A DNA stretch of 63,879 bases, counting the filler, from Reclinomonas americana ATCC 50394 (taxonomy: Eukaryota), in the NCBI GenBank assembly GCA_048213135.1. It is 5 parts of 3 records of this genome, joined end to end, with 100 filler letters (N's around TTAATTAATTAA, not from the genome) between each part and the next. Parts side by side here need not be neighbours in the genome. Positions count along the whole stretch, not along the records: positions 1 to 12,563 come from PS015545.1; positions 12,664 to 28,650 come from PS015545.1; 3 more parts are not named here. One strand, given 5' to 3'. Each line of letters begins with the position of its first letter. The first letter of the stretch is position 1. Below are positions 11,647-24,414 of the stretch, piece after piece. Both the position numbers and the translations under genes were made by a program. The notes beneath the pieces were generated by a model. It did no database searches. It worked only from the letters and a program-made list of their open reading frames with translations, and was not told where the DNA came from.

Positions 11647-14600
11647 ATGCAGTCGAGGTGGTCCCGCTGTTTCCTGTACGCGGTGACACTGGCTGCGCTT
11701 GCGTTGCTGATTTTCGCGCCCTCGGCGTCGGCTGGTTCCAGCACTGAAGGTGCGTTGTTGGCAGCTTTCAAGCCTCACGTTGCGTTGCGCCGCTAACTCT
11801 GCTCCTCTCCTCTCCGCTCTCTCCCTCTTTCCCGCCACTCTGCTCTGCAGTTGATGAGGCGCGCCACCTGCTGGTGGACGGCACGCTGGACATGTCGGAG
11901 GCGCTGGCCATGGAGTCCATGATGTTTGAGAATACTGCTGATGACGAGTTGACGGCCGGTTTGTTCGCACTGGTGACCTTCGCGCACACACCACCAGCTT
12001 CTCTCAAAAAAGGCAAATGCAGAAATCGATGCCGATGTTGTCGATGTTGGAGTGCTGGATGAAGAGGCCGACCTGATGGCCGCTGAGGAGGCTGACATGG
12101 ACGACTTCGACGAAGCCGAGTCACTGGGTGTGCACGTGGCAGCCGTTGAAACCAATCCGCCAGCGCCTACGGTATGAGTGATATCATGGTGCACATGCAG
12201 CCGAGTCTTTTGTGCTCACATCACACGTGTATGTGTTGCATGTGCAGCCGGCCCCGAAGGATGGCAAGGATTCCAAGGGCAAGGTATCGTGCCGGGCTGT
12301 GCTTTGTCTCGTGGCTTTCTTCATTGCAGTGTTCTCACCAAACATGTACAGCCGTGCGACACTGACCCGAAGGGTGGCAAGGATTCGAAGAGTGGCAAGC
12401 CTCAAGGCGGCAAGGACTCCAAGGGTCCTGGTGGCAAGGACTCCAAGAGTCCTGGTGGCAAGGATTCCAAGGGTGGCAAGCCTCATGGTGGCAAGGATTC
12501 CAAGGGCCCTGGTGGCAAGGACTCGAAGGGTGGCAAGCCTCAGGGCGGCAAGGACTCCAAAGGNNNNNNNNNNNNNNNNNNNNNNNNNNNNNNNNNNNNN
12601 NNNNNNNTTAATTAATTAANNNNNNNNNNNNNNNNNNNNNNNNNNNNNNNNNNNNNNNNNNNNGCGCGACACCACCGTCTCTCGCTGTCACTCTCTCCTT
12701 GTTGCAGCGGTCTAACTGCGTGGCATCTATGATACACAGCTTGGTCCCAAGGGATCCAAGGGCCTGAAGGGCGACAAGGGTGATGAGGGCAAGGTGCGTT
12801 TCCACACCGCATTGCCATCTTCGTGCGCAATCACTGACAATGACTCTTACCTTTACCAACAGCCTGGAGCGAAGGGTGACAAGGGCGACAAGGGAGACAA
12901 GGGTGTGCCTGGCGAGAAGGGTGTGCCGGGCGAGAAGGGCCAGAAGGGTGATGAGGGCAAGGTTTGTGGTGTGAAGTGTTGTCGTGCCTTTGCGAACACC
13001 TGAGTACTGATTGTTGAATGCACTTTCACAGCCTGGCGCCAAGGGCGACAAGGGATCCAAGGGCCTGAAGGGCGACAAGGGATCCAAGGGACTGAAGGGC
13101 GACAAGGGTGACGAGGGCAAGGTGCGTCACGTGGCGATGAGTGTGTGTGCGTGCGTGCTTTCACTGATCAGTTCGTCTGCACAACACAGCTCGGTCCGAA
13201 GGGCGACAAGGGCTCCAAGGGACTGAAGGGCGACAAGGGCGATGAAGGAAAGGTTTGCTTTGTTGCAAGTGGCACGTCCGGAGCGATGGTACTCACTGTG
13301 ATGAGCGGACACACAGGTCGGCCCCAAGGGTTCGAAGGGACTGAAGGGCGACAAGGGCGATGAGGGCAAGGTTGGCTCGAGTGTGTTGTTTGTGTTTTGT
13401 GTTCGTTGAAGATGTCGATGATGCTCAAAATGTTATATGCAATCACAGCCTGGCCCGAAGGGCGACAAGGGCGACAAGGGTGTCCCCGGCGAGAAGGGTG
13501 TACCCGGTGAGAAGGGCGTCCCTGGAGAGAAGGGCCCGAAGGGTGACGAGGGCAAGGTACGTCTTTCGTTGGCAAAATCATTCAAGGTGTGTTTGGGTAA
13601 CTAACATTTGCTTGCGTTGATGTACACAGCCGGGAGCAAAGGGCTCGAAGGGCCTGAAGGGAGACAAGGGCGACAAGGGAGATGAGGGCAGGGTGAGTCA
13701 CCGTGAGCGCGTGCAATCGGCTTACTCGGAGCAGATCTAACGCCATGCGGATGGCTTGCATTTACAGCCTGGTGCGAAGGGTTCCAAGGGCGACAAGGGC
13801 GTGCCTGGTGCGCCGGGCCCGAAGGGTGATGAGGGCAAGGTGAATAGCTTATGTCATGCGACGTGTTTCACNNNNNNNNNNNNNNNNNNNNNNNNNNNNN
13901 NNNNNNNNNNNNNNNNNNNNNNNNNNNNNNNNNNNNNNNNNNNNNNNNNNNNNNNNNNNNNNNNNNNNNNNNNNNNNNNNNNNNNNNNNNNNNNNNNNNN
14001 NNNNNNNNNNNNNNNNNNNNNNNNNNNNNNNNNNNNNNNNNNNNNNNNNNNNNNNNNNNNNNNNNNNNNNNNNNNNNNNNNNNNNNNNNNNNNNNNNNNN
14101 NNNNNNNNNNNNNNNNNNNNNNNNNNNNNNNNNNNNNNNNNNNNNNNNNNNNNNNNNNNNNNNNNNNNNNNNNNNNNNNNNNNNNNNNNNNNNNNNNNNN
14201 NNNNNNNNNNNNNNNNNNNNNNNNNNNNNNNNNNNNNNNNNNNNNNNNNNNNNNNNNNNNNNNNNNNNNNNNNNNNNNNNNNNNNNNNNNNNNNNNNNNN
14301 NNNNNNNNNNNNNNNNNNNNNNNNNNNNNNNNNNNNNNNNNNNNNNNNNNNNNNNNNNNNNNNNNNNNNNNNNNNNNNNNNNNNNNNNNNNNNNNNNNNN
14401 NNNNNNNNNNNNNNNNNNNNNNNNNNNNNNNNNNNNNNNNNNNNNNNNNNNNNNNNNNNNNNNNNNNNNNNNNNNNNNNNNNNNNNNNNNNNNNNNNNNN
14501 NNNNNNNNNNNNNNNNNNNNNNNNNNNNNNNNNNNNNNNNNNNNNNNNNNNNNNNNNNNNNNNNNNNNNNNNNNNNNNNNNNNNNNNNNNNNNNNGCCGG

Positions 14601-17600
14601 GCGAGAAGGGCGTGCCTGGTGAGAAGGGCCCGAAGGGTGATGAGGGCAAGGTGAGCCGAGCTGTGTTCGGGTATGACTGTTTGGCTGTACTGTCAGCTGA
14701 CATTGTGTGGTGCCGCGAGCAGCCGGGAGCAAAGGGTGACAAGGGATCGAAGGGCCTGAAGGGCGACAAGGGCGATGAGGGCAAGGTGAGACTCGTTTGT
14801 TTTGTGGGAGCCCTTGTCCTGTTGGTGTGACTCTGAAGTATTCGCGTCGGCGGATGTGAGCAGCCTGGTGCGAAGGGCTCCAAGGGCGACAAGGGTGTGC
14901 CGGGTGCGCCAGGCCCGAAGGGTGACGAGGGCAAGGTAATCTTGTTGTGCTCTCTCTCTCTCTCTCTCTCCTGCATGTGTCGGCTGGTTCTCATGGCGAA
15001 CAACGGTCGCAGCCTGGTGCCAAGGGATCGAAGGGCTCGAAGGGCCTGAAGGGCGACAAGGGTGACAAGGGCGACAAGGGTGACAAGGGTGTGCCTGGTG
15101 AGAAGGGTGTGCCGGGTGAGAAGGGCCAGAAGGGTGATGAGGGCAAGGTGTGTGGGACGCGATGCGCGACTAGAAGCTGGTGTGCTGCTCTAACGATCTG
15201 TTACGTATGCATAGCCTGGCGCCAAGGGAGACAAGGGCTCCAAGGGCCTCAAGGGCGACAAGGGATCCAAGGGACTGAAGGGCGACAAGGGTGATGAGGG
15301 CAAGGTGTGTGCGCGCGTGTTTGCAAAGCTGGCCCGGTTCAGCGAATTCTAATCCGCGCGTGCTTCTGTTTCAGCCTGGTGCCAAGGGATCCAAGGGCGT
15401 GAAGGGTGACAAGGGNNNNNNNNNNNNNNNNNNNNNNNNNNNNNNNNNNNNNNNNNNNNNNNNNNNNNNNNNNNNNNNNNNNNNNNNNNNNNNNNNNNNN
15501 NNNNNNNNNNNNNNNNNNNNNNNNNNNNNNNNNNNNNNNNNNNNNNNNNNNNNNNNNNNNNNNNNNNNNNNNNNNNNNNNNNNNNNNNNNNNNNNNNNNN
15601 NNNNNNNNNNNNNNNNNNNNNNNNNNNNNNNNNNNNNNNNNNNNNNNNNNNNNNNNNNNNNNNNNNNNNNNNNNNNNNNNNNNNNNNNNNNNNNNNNNNN
15701 NNNNNNNNNNNNNNNNNNNNNNNNNNNNNNNNNNNNNNNNNNNNNNNNNNNNNNNNNNNNNNNNNNNNNNNNNNNNNNNNNNNNNNNNNNNNNNNNNNNN
15801 NNNNNNNNNNNNNNNNNNNNNNNNNNNNNNNNNNNNNNNNNNNNNNNNNNNNNNNNNNNNNNNNNNNNNNNNNNNNNNNNNNNNNNNNNNNNNNNNNNNN
15901 NNNNNNNNNNNNNNNNNNNNNNNNNNNNNNNNNNNNNNNNNNNNNNNNNNNNNNNNNNNNNNNNNNNNNNNNNNNNNNNNNNNNNNNNNNNNNNNNNNNN
16001 NNNNNNNNNNNNNNNNNNNNNNNNNNNNNNNNNNNNNNNNNNNNNNNNNNNNNNNNNNNNNNNNNNNNNNNNNNNNNNNNNNNTGACAAGGGCGACAAGG
16101 GCTCTGACGGCAAGGATGGCAAGGACGGCAAGAATGGAAAGGATGGACAGGTTTGCCACACGGGTTGGGAATTCTCGATTGTTATGATGTGTGCTTCTAA
16201 ACCGCGCAATGCTTCTATAGCCGGGGGCAAAGGGTTCAAAGGGTATGAAGGGCGACAAGGGTGACAAGGGGGAGGAGGGCAAGGTGCGTCGATTTCGATT
16301 ACTACATGTATGACTTGTACTTCACTCACGAAACGGTAATGCATGTTTAGCCTGGCGCCAAGGGATCTAAGGGACTGAAGGGATCCAAGGGCCTGAAGGG
16401 CGACAAGGGTGACAAGGGCGACAAGGGTTCGAAGGGCCTGAAGGGCGACAAGGGTGACGAGGGCAAGGTCAGTTTGCAGATACGCGTCATTGGCTGTGAC
16501 ATTTCGCTAAATCTACATCGCGCTCAGCTCGGACCCAAGGGTGACAAGGGTGACAAGGGCTCCAAGGGCCTGAAGGGCGACAAGGGTGATGAGGGCAAGG
16601 TCAGTTGACTGTTGCACATTGCTGGTTGTGTCACACAATAGGGTTTCGCTCAACTTTGCATGTCTCTCAGCTCGGCCCCAAGGGTGACAAGGGCGACAAG
16701 GGCTCGAAGGGCCTGAAGGGCGACAAGGGCGATGAGGGCAAGGTGAGCTGCCTACCTGGAGCTTCGTGCATGCCGGTGGTTATGGCGCTGACACAAATAT
16801 CTATATTCTGTTTCCNNNNNNNNNNNNNNNNNNNNNNNNNNNNNNNNNNNNNNNNNNNNNNNNNNNNNNNNNNNNNNNNNNNNNNNNNNNNNNNNNNNNN
16901 NNNNNNNNNNNNNNNNNNNNNNNNNNNNNNNNNNNNNNNNNNNNNNNNNNNNNNNNNNNNNNNNNNNNNNNNNNNNNNNNNNNNNNNNNNNNNNNNNNNN
17001 NNNNNNNNNNNNNNNNNNNNNNNNNNNNNNNNNNNNNNNNNNNNNNNNNNNNNNNNNNNNNNNNNNNNNNNNNNNNNNNNNNNNNNNNNNNNNNNNNNNN
17101 NNNNNNNNNNNNNNNNNNNNNNNNNNNNNNNNNNNNNNNNNNNNNNNNNNNNNNNNNNNNNNNNNNNNNNNNNNNNNNNNNNNNNNNNNNNNNNNNNNNN
17201 NNNNNNNNNNNNNNNNNNNNNNNNNNNNNNNNNNNNNNNNNNNNNNNNNNNNNNNNNNNNNNNNNNNNNNNNNNNNNNNNNNNNNNNNNNNNNNNNNNNN
17301 NNNNNNNNNNTGTTGCAGGTCGGTGCTGATGGACAGCAAGCCGTACGAAAACGGATGGAAGTGCCAAGTGTGAGTCAGCAGAAGAAGAAAAGTAGATATT
17401 TGTATTTGTAGACCGATGCCTAACGATTCGTGTGCGTGCGTGCTTGTTCTCGCCTGTGCATGCGCAGTGGCATCAGCGGCGGCAAGTGGTCTTGCTTCGC
17501 TCGGTGCTGCCGACTGCCGAAGGACACTGTTGTCGTGACTGCGCAAGGCGATTCTGATGCCTCCGGCAAGTCGGTGGCCAATTGCCCAAGCGGGTACCAG

Positions 17601-18439
17601 GTGCGTCATATGTTGTGTTTGTGCCAGATGGATGTGTGGGTTGTGGTGAATGCTGAACGGACAACCGCGACATGTACGCAGGCGCTTGGCGGCGGTATCT
17701 CGATCGGCACCAGTGGCCTGAAGGGACAGCCGCTGGATCGGTTCGCGTACAGCGAGTCGCGTCCCAAGAGCGACAGCAGCGGATGGCAGTGCAAGGTCGG
17801 CCTGCCAGGTGCGTTGTATTGTCGGCGACCAATCGTGGGTGTTGCAGAGCGCATGCAGAAGCTGACTACGTGGATTGTGGATGTGTCTGCAGGAACCACG
17901 CCTGCGCCGTCGTGGTGCTTTGCTCGATGCGCCAAGTTCCCGTGCGCACGCAAGGTCGAAGTGGTGAGTGGCGCCGGTGGGGATTGCAACCTGTGTGTCC
18001 AATAGTATTGCTCACTGTTGCATGTGGCGACACACGCAGGTGCAAGTGGATGCGCCAGAGGCTGACACGGTGCGCGTATCGTGTCCGACTGGATCGACGA
18101 TGGTTGGCGGCGGTTCGCAGTACGATGCTGGCAAGGGAGCTTGCAATGGTTTGTTGCCTTTTTGAGGGGGGAGAATTGAGGTTGTGAGTTTGTTTGCTGA
18201 TGCGTGCAAGCAGGCACCAACGTGTTCGAGGAATCGTTCCCCGAGTTGTCGAACACTTGGCGGTGTGACATGTTGCGTGTGATTCTGTGTGGTGTGCTGG
18301 TGGCTTTCATGGAAAGGCAATGTGTGTTGACATGAGCTGTGTGTGCAGGGCACTGGATACCGGTCGCGCACTGTCGTGCTTCGCGTCGTGCGTGCACGCG
18401 GAGGGCTCGCAGGGTATCCCTGATGTCGTTGCCGAGTAA
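11647..18439 (+). CDS. Secreted collagen-like protein A: signal peptide, acidic region, GGKDSK repeats, Lys/Asp-rich Gly-X-Y domain, three Cys-rich C-terminal modules (gaps inside)
   Basis: MQSRWSRCFLYAVTLAALALLIFAPSASA signal; many phase-0 exons such as LGPKGSKGLKGDKGDEGK (12740-12793); C-terminal exons 17319-18439 end ...RALSCFASCVHAEGSQGIPDVVAE*. Crosses an assembly linker at 12608, so N-terminus-to-collagen continuity is inferred from paralogs B and C. Confidence 0.85.
12608..12619. other. Artificial six-frame-stop scaffold linker TTAATTAATTAA (also 28695-28706, 55800-55811, 57978-57989)
   Basis: Identical 12-mer embedded between short N runs at four places. Confidence 0.93.
17311..18310 (+). 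repeat. ~1-kb segment nearly identical to 23068-24071 (C-terminal domain exons plus introns of collagens A and B)
   Basis: Side-by-side reading shows only scattered substitutions and small indels, including within introns. Confidence 0.92.
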
Positions 18440-18565
18440 GGCAAATGAGCAGCAGCATGGTAGCAGCAGCATTCAGTGAAACCGATTCGCGGTGTATCAA
18501 AATCGCGCCATATTTGACCGTTTCATCACTTTCTTACTTGAAGCAGGAGAAGAAAAGAGAAGGAG

Positions 18566-21500
18566 ATGTGTCGTACTGTTTTCAAGCAGCAGCTCTGGTG
18601 GTCCCGCAGCGTCTTGTGGTGCGCGGTGATACTGGCTGTGTTGCTTGTGGCGTCTGTCGCCGCTGCCGCTCGCGATTCACTCGACGAAGACGCCGACGGT
18701 CTGTACCGCAGCGCACTGCGAACTTTGCCAAAGACCTTTTTTTTTCTCACAAAGCTACAGTCCTGGACAACGTGGACAACGATGAGGCGTCTGTCGCTGT
18801 CGACAACAGCCCCGATGCAGTCACAGATGAAGATGTGGAGCTCAATGACGACGTGAGTCTATTTGCACTCCGTTTCACAATCCATTCGTTGGTTGACCGC
18901 TCTCATCACTATACACAGCCCGTCGGCGACGATGTTGACGACATCGATGAGGAGGACTTGCATTCGTATGGTCCGTGGACTACCTCCAGCAGTCATCGCC
19001 GTCACTCACGTTCACACGTGAAGTCGCACAAGGCAAGTGCTCTTTGTGCTCTTGTTGTTTTCTTTTGCTCACACGTTTTCCGCAGCATGGGCATTCGAGT
19101 GGAGGCGAAGACGGTGACCGTGATGATAGTCGTGGGCACGGTTATGGAAGCTGTCATGGTGCATCTTGCAAGAAGAAGAAGAAGATTCACCACACCCGCG
19201 GACTAGGTGANNNNNNNNNNNNNNNNNNNNNNNNNNNNNNNNNNNNNNNNNNNNNNNNNNNNNNNNNNNNNNNNNNNNNNNNNNNNNNNNNNNNNNNNNN
19301 NNNNNNNNNNNNNNNNNNNNNNNNNNNNNNNNNNNNNNCAAGGGAGACAACGGACCAGCTGGACCGAAGGGTGACAAGGGCGCCGATGGCAAGGTGGATA
19401 TCAACACGCTCACGTGATCAGTCTTGGTTATTGACTCACTCCTCTGTTTGCGATGCAGAACGGAGCCAAGGGCGACAAGGGTAACAAGGGAGACAACGGA
19501 CCAGCTGGACCGAAGGGTGACAAGGGCGCCGACGGCAAGGTGAGTAACGACAGGCCTACCTGCGCAGTCTTGATTACAAACTTACGTTGTGTGCGATGTA
19601 GAATGGAGCTAAGGGCGACAAGGGTGATAAGGGAGACAAGGGCGACAACGGACCGGCTGGACCGAAGGGCGACAAGGGCGCCGATGGCAAGGTGGATGTC
19701 AACACGCTCACGTGATCAGTCTTGGTTATTGACTCACACTTGTGTGCGATGCAGAACGGAGCCAAGGGCGACAAGGGAGATAACGGACCGGCTGGGCCGA
19801 AGGGTGACAAGGGTGACAAGGGTGACAAGGGTAACAAGGGAGACAACGGACCAGCTGGACCGAAGGGTGACAAGGGCGCCGACGGCAAGGTGAGTAACGA
19901 CAGGCCTACCTGCGATGTCTTGATTACAAACTTACGTTGTGTGCGATGTAGAATGGAGCTAAGGGCGACAAGGGTGATAAGGGAGACAAGGGCGANNNNN
20001 NNNNNNNNNNNNNNNNNNNNNNNNNNNNNNNNNNNNNNNNNNNNNNNNNNNNNNNNNNNNNNNNNNNNNNNNNNNNNNNNNNNNNNNNNNNNNNNNNNNN
20101 NNNNNNNNNNNNNNNNNNNNNNNNNNNNNNNNNNNNNNNNNNNNNNNNNNNNNNNNNNNNNNNNNNNNNNNNNNNNNNNNNNNNNNNNNNNNNNNNNNNN
20201 NNNNNNNNNNNNNNNNNNNNNNNNNNNNNNNNNNNNNNNNNNNNNNNNNNNNNNNNNNNNNNNNNNNNNNNNNNNNNNNNNNNNNNNNNNNNNNNNNNNN
20301 NNNNNNNNNNNNNNNNNNNNNNNNNNNNNNNNNNNNNNNNNNNNNNNNNNNNNNNNNNNNNNNNNNNNNNNNNNNNNNNNNNNNNNNNNNNNNNNNNNNN
20401 NNNNNNNNNNNNNNNNNNNNNNNNNNNNNNNNNNNNNNNNNNNNNNNNNNNNNNNNNNNNNNNNNNNNNNNNNNNNNNNNNNNNNNNNNNNNNNNNNNNN
20501 NNNNNNNNNNNNNNNNNNNNNNNNNNNNNNNNNNNNNNNNNNNNNNNNNNNNNNNNNNNNNNNNNNNNNNNNNNNNNNNNNNNNNNNNNNNNNNNNNNNN
20601 NNNNNNNNNNNNNNNNNNNNNNNNNNNNNNNNNNNNNNNNNNNNNNNNNNNNNNNNNNNNNNNNNNNNNNNNNNNNNNNNNNNNNNNNNNNNNNNNNNNN
20701 NNNNNNNNNNNNNNNNNNNNNNNNNNNNNNNNNNNNNNNNNNNNNNNNATGGCAAGGTGAGTAGCGGCAGGCTTACATGCTCAGTCTTGGTTATTGGCTC
20801 ACACGCTTGTGTGCGATACAGAACGGAGCCAAGGGAGACAAGGGCGACAAGGGCGACAAGGGAAACAACGGTGCCGATGGCAAGGTGAGCGTCAGCATAC
20901 TCGCATGTATAATCTGTCTTCTTCATTGACGCACTGCTGTGCCCTTGCATTGCAGACTGGACCGGCAGGGCCAAAGGGTGATAAGGGTGACAAGGGCGCC
21001 GATGGCAAGGTGAGTGACGACGAGCTCACATGTTCAATCTGGGGTTGTGACTCACGCATGTATGCGATGCAGAACGGAGCCAAGGGTGACAAGGGAGACA
21101 AGGGAGACAAGGGAGTGAAGGGAGACAACGGACCAGCTGGACCGAAGGGTGACAAGGGCGACAAGGGTGTTGATGGCAAGGTGAGCAACGGCAGGCTTAC
21201 ATGCCTAGTCTTGGTTGTTGACTCACGCTTGTGTGCGATGCAGAACGGAGCCAAGGGAGACAAGGGAGACAACGGAGCCGATGGCAAGGTGAGCGACAAC
21301 ACGCTCAGATGTTCAGTCTTGCTTTGTTATTGATGCATTTCTGTGCCCTTGCATTGCAGACTGGACCGGCCGGGCCAAAGGGTGACAAGGGTGACAAGGG
21401 CGACAAGGGCGCCGATGGCAAGGTGAGTAGCGGTAGGCTCACATGCTCAGTCTTGCTTATTGGCTCACACGCTTGTGTGCGATACAGAACGGAGCCAAGG

Positions 21501-24041
21501 GAGACAAGGGTGACAAGGGTGACAAGGGAAACAACGGTGCCGATGGCAAGGTGAGCGACAACATACTCGCATGTTCAATCTGGCTTCGCTATTGACGCAC
21601 TCTTGTGCCCTTGCATTGCAGACTGGACCNNNNNNNNNNNNNNNNNNNNNNNNNNNNNNNNNNNNNNNNNNNNNNNNNNNNNNNNNNNNNNNNNNNNNNN
21701 NNNNNNNNNNNNNNNNNNNNNNNNNNNNNNNNNNNNNNNNNNNNNNNNNNNNNNNNNNNNNNNNNNNNNNNNNNNNNNNNNNNNNNNNNNNNNNNNNNNN
21801 NNNNNNNNNNNNNNNNNNNNNNNNNNNNNNNNNNNNNNNNNNNNNNNNNNNNNNNNNNNNNNNNNNNNNNNNNNNNNNNNNNNNNNNNNNNNNNNNNNNN
21901 NNNNNNNNNNNNNNNNNNNNNNNNNNNNNNNNNNNNNNNNNNNNNNNNNNNNNNNNNNNNNNNNNNNNNNNNNNNNNNNNNNNNNNNNNNNNNNNNNNNN
22001 NNNNNNNNNNNNNNNNNNNNNNNNNNNNNNNNNNNNNNNNNNNNNNNNNNNNNNNNNNNNNNNNNNNNNNNNNNNNNNNNNNNNNNNNNNNNNNNNNNNN
22101 NNNNNNNNNNNNNNNNNNNNNNNNNNNNNNNNNNNNNNNNNNNNNNNNNNNNNNNNNNNNNNNNNNNNNNNNNNNNNNNNNNNNNNNNNNNNNNNNNNNN
22201 NNNNNNNNNNNNNNNNNNNNNNNNNNNNNNNNNNNNNNNNNNNNNNNNNNNNNNNNNNNNNNNNNNNNNNNNNNNNNNNNNNNNNNNNNNATTGCAGACT
22301 GGACCGGCAGGGCCAAAGGGCGACAAGGGCGCCGATGGCAAGGTGGACATCAACACACTCACGTGCTCAGTCATGCATGTTAACTCACGCCGTGTGCGAT
22401 GCAGAACGGAGCCAAGGGCGACAAGGGTGACAAGGGTGACAAGGGAGACAAGGGAGACAAGGGAGACAAGGGCGACAAAGGTGACAAAGGAAACAACGGT
22501 GCCGATGGCAAGGTGAGCGGCAACATACTCGGCATGTTCAATATGGCTTCGCTGTTGACGCACTCTTGTGCCCTTGCATTGCAGACTGGACCGGCAGGGC
22601 CAAAGGGTGACAAGGGCGACAAGGGTGACAAGGGAGCTGATGGCAAGGTACTGAGAGAGTGATGTTGCCAATTTGTGTGCATTTTCTCCTCAATAGTTTT
22701 GTTCCACACAGACTGGTGCACCGGTTAGTTTGAATCTAACAGTTGTTGTACTTCTAATGTGCTCGAGCACTGACAAACCCTTCACTGCCAATTACTGCTC
22801 GTTTTCAGAGCTTTGCGCTTCGGTGTCTCAATGCGTCGCTGTCGATGAAAGTGCTTCACACTGAACCGACGACAGTCCAGTGCCCTGCTGGTGCGTCCAC
22901 ATTCCAGTCTGGAAGAACGCTGGTATCCTGCTCATCGTCATATGCAGGCACTGTGGTCACTGGCGGCGGTATCATTAACCACCTGCGCGAGTCCTCCGAT
23001 CGGTGTGTGGGGGCTAGCGTACGCCAATGATCGATTGTTTGTCTGACTACTTGTCTTGTCTTGGCATGTTGCAGGTCGGTGCTGATGGACAGCAAGCCGT
23101 ACGAAAACGGATGGAAGTGCCAAGTGTGAGTCGGCAGAAGAAGAAAAGTAGATATTTGTATTTGTAGACCGATGCCTAACGATTCGTGTGCGTGCGTGCT
23201 TGTTCTCGCCTGTACATGCGCAGTGGCATCAGTGGCGGCAAGTGGTCTTGCTTCGCTCGGTGCTGCCGACTGCCGAAGGACACTGTGATCGTGACTGCGC
23301 AAGGCGATTCTGATGCTTCTGGCAAGTCGGTGGCCAATTGCCCAAGCGGCTACCAGGTGCGTCGTATTTTGTGTTTGTGCCAGATGGATGTGGGTTGTGG
23401 TGAATGCTGAACGGACAACCGCGACATGTACGCAGGCGCTTGGCGGCGGTATCTCGATCGGCACCAGTGGCCTGCAGGGACAGCCGCTGGATCGGTTCGC
23501 GTACAGCGAGTCGCGTCCCAAGAGCGACAGCAGCGGATGGCAGTGCAAGGTCGGCCTGCCAGGTGCGTTGTATTGTCGGCGACCAATCGTGGGTGTTGCA
23601 GAGCGCATGCAGAAGCTGACTACGTGGATTGTGGATGTGTCTGCAGGAACCACGCCTGCGCCGTCGTGGTGCTTTGCTCGATGCGCCAAGTTCCCGTGCG
23701 CGCGCAAGGTCGAAGTGGTGAGTGGTGCTGGCGAGATTGCGACCTGTGTGTGCCAATATCTGCACATGCATGCCTGCGGCTCACTGTTGCATGTGGCGAC
23801 ACACGCAGGTGCAAGTGGATGCGCCAGAGGCTGACACGGTGCGCGTATCGTGTCCGACTGGATCGACGATGGTTGGCGGCGGTTCGCAGTACGATGCTGG
23901 CAAGGGAGCTTGCAATGGTTTGTTGCCTTTTTGAGGGGGGAGAATTGAGGTTGTGAGTTTGTTTGCTGATGCGTGCAAAGCAGGCACCAACGTGTTCGAG
24001 GAATCGTTCCCCGAGTTGTCGAACACTTGGCGGTGTGACAT
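18566..24041 (+). CDS. Secreted collagen-like protein B: signal peptide, Asp-rich and His/Lys-rich region, GDK/GDN/GPA Gly-X-Y domain, three Cys-rich modules
   Basis: MCRTVFKQQLWWSRSVLWCAVILAVLLVASVAAA signal; exons NGAKGDKGNKGDNGPAGPKGDKGADGK and similar; 12-nt exon TGAP (22712-22723); C-domain from 22809 SFALRCLNASLSMKVLHTEPTTVQCPAGTVVTGGG... Confidence 0.88.
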
Positions 24042-24414
24042 GTTGCGTGTGATTCTGTGTGGTGTGCTGGTGCTGTTGCTTTCTTGGAGGGGCNNNNNNN
24101 NNNNNNNNNNNNNNNNNNNNNNNNNNNNNNNNNNNNNNNNNNNNNNNNNNNNNNNNNNNNNNNNNNNNNNNNNNNNNNNNNNNNNNNNNNNNNNNNNNNN
24201 NNNNNNNNNNNNNNNNNNNNNNNNNNNNNNNNNNNNNNNNNNNNNNNNNNNNNNNNNNNNNNNNNNNNNNNNNNNNNNNNNNNNNNNNNNNNNNNNNNNN
24301 NNNNNNNNNNNNNNNNNNNNNNNNNNNNNNNNNNNNNNNNNNNNNNNNNNNNNNNNNNNNNNNNNNNNNNNNNNNNNNNNNNNNNNNNNNNNNNNNNNNN
24401 NNNNNNNNNNNNNN

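Noticed and set aside
12608..12619. Palindromic TTAATTAATTAA repeated four times
   Set aside because: Always embedded in N runs; a synthetic six-frame stop linker from scaffolding.
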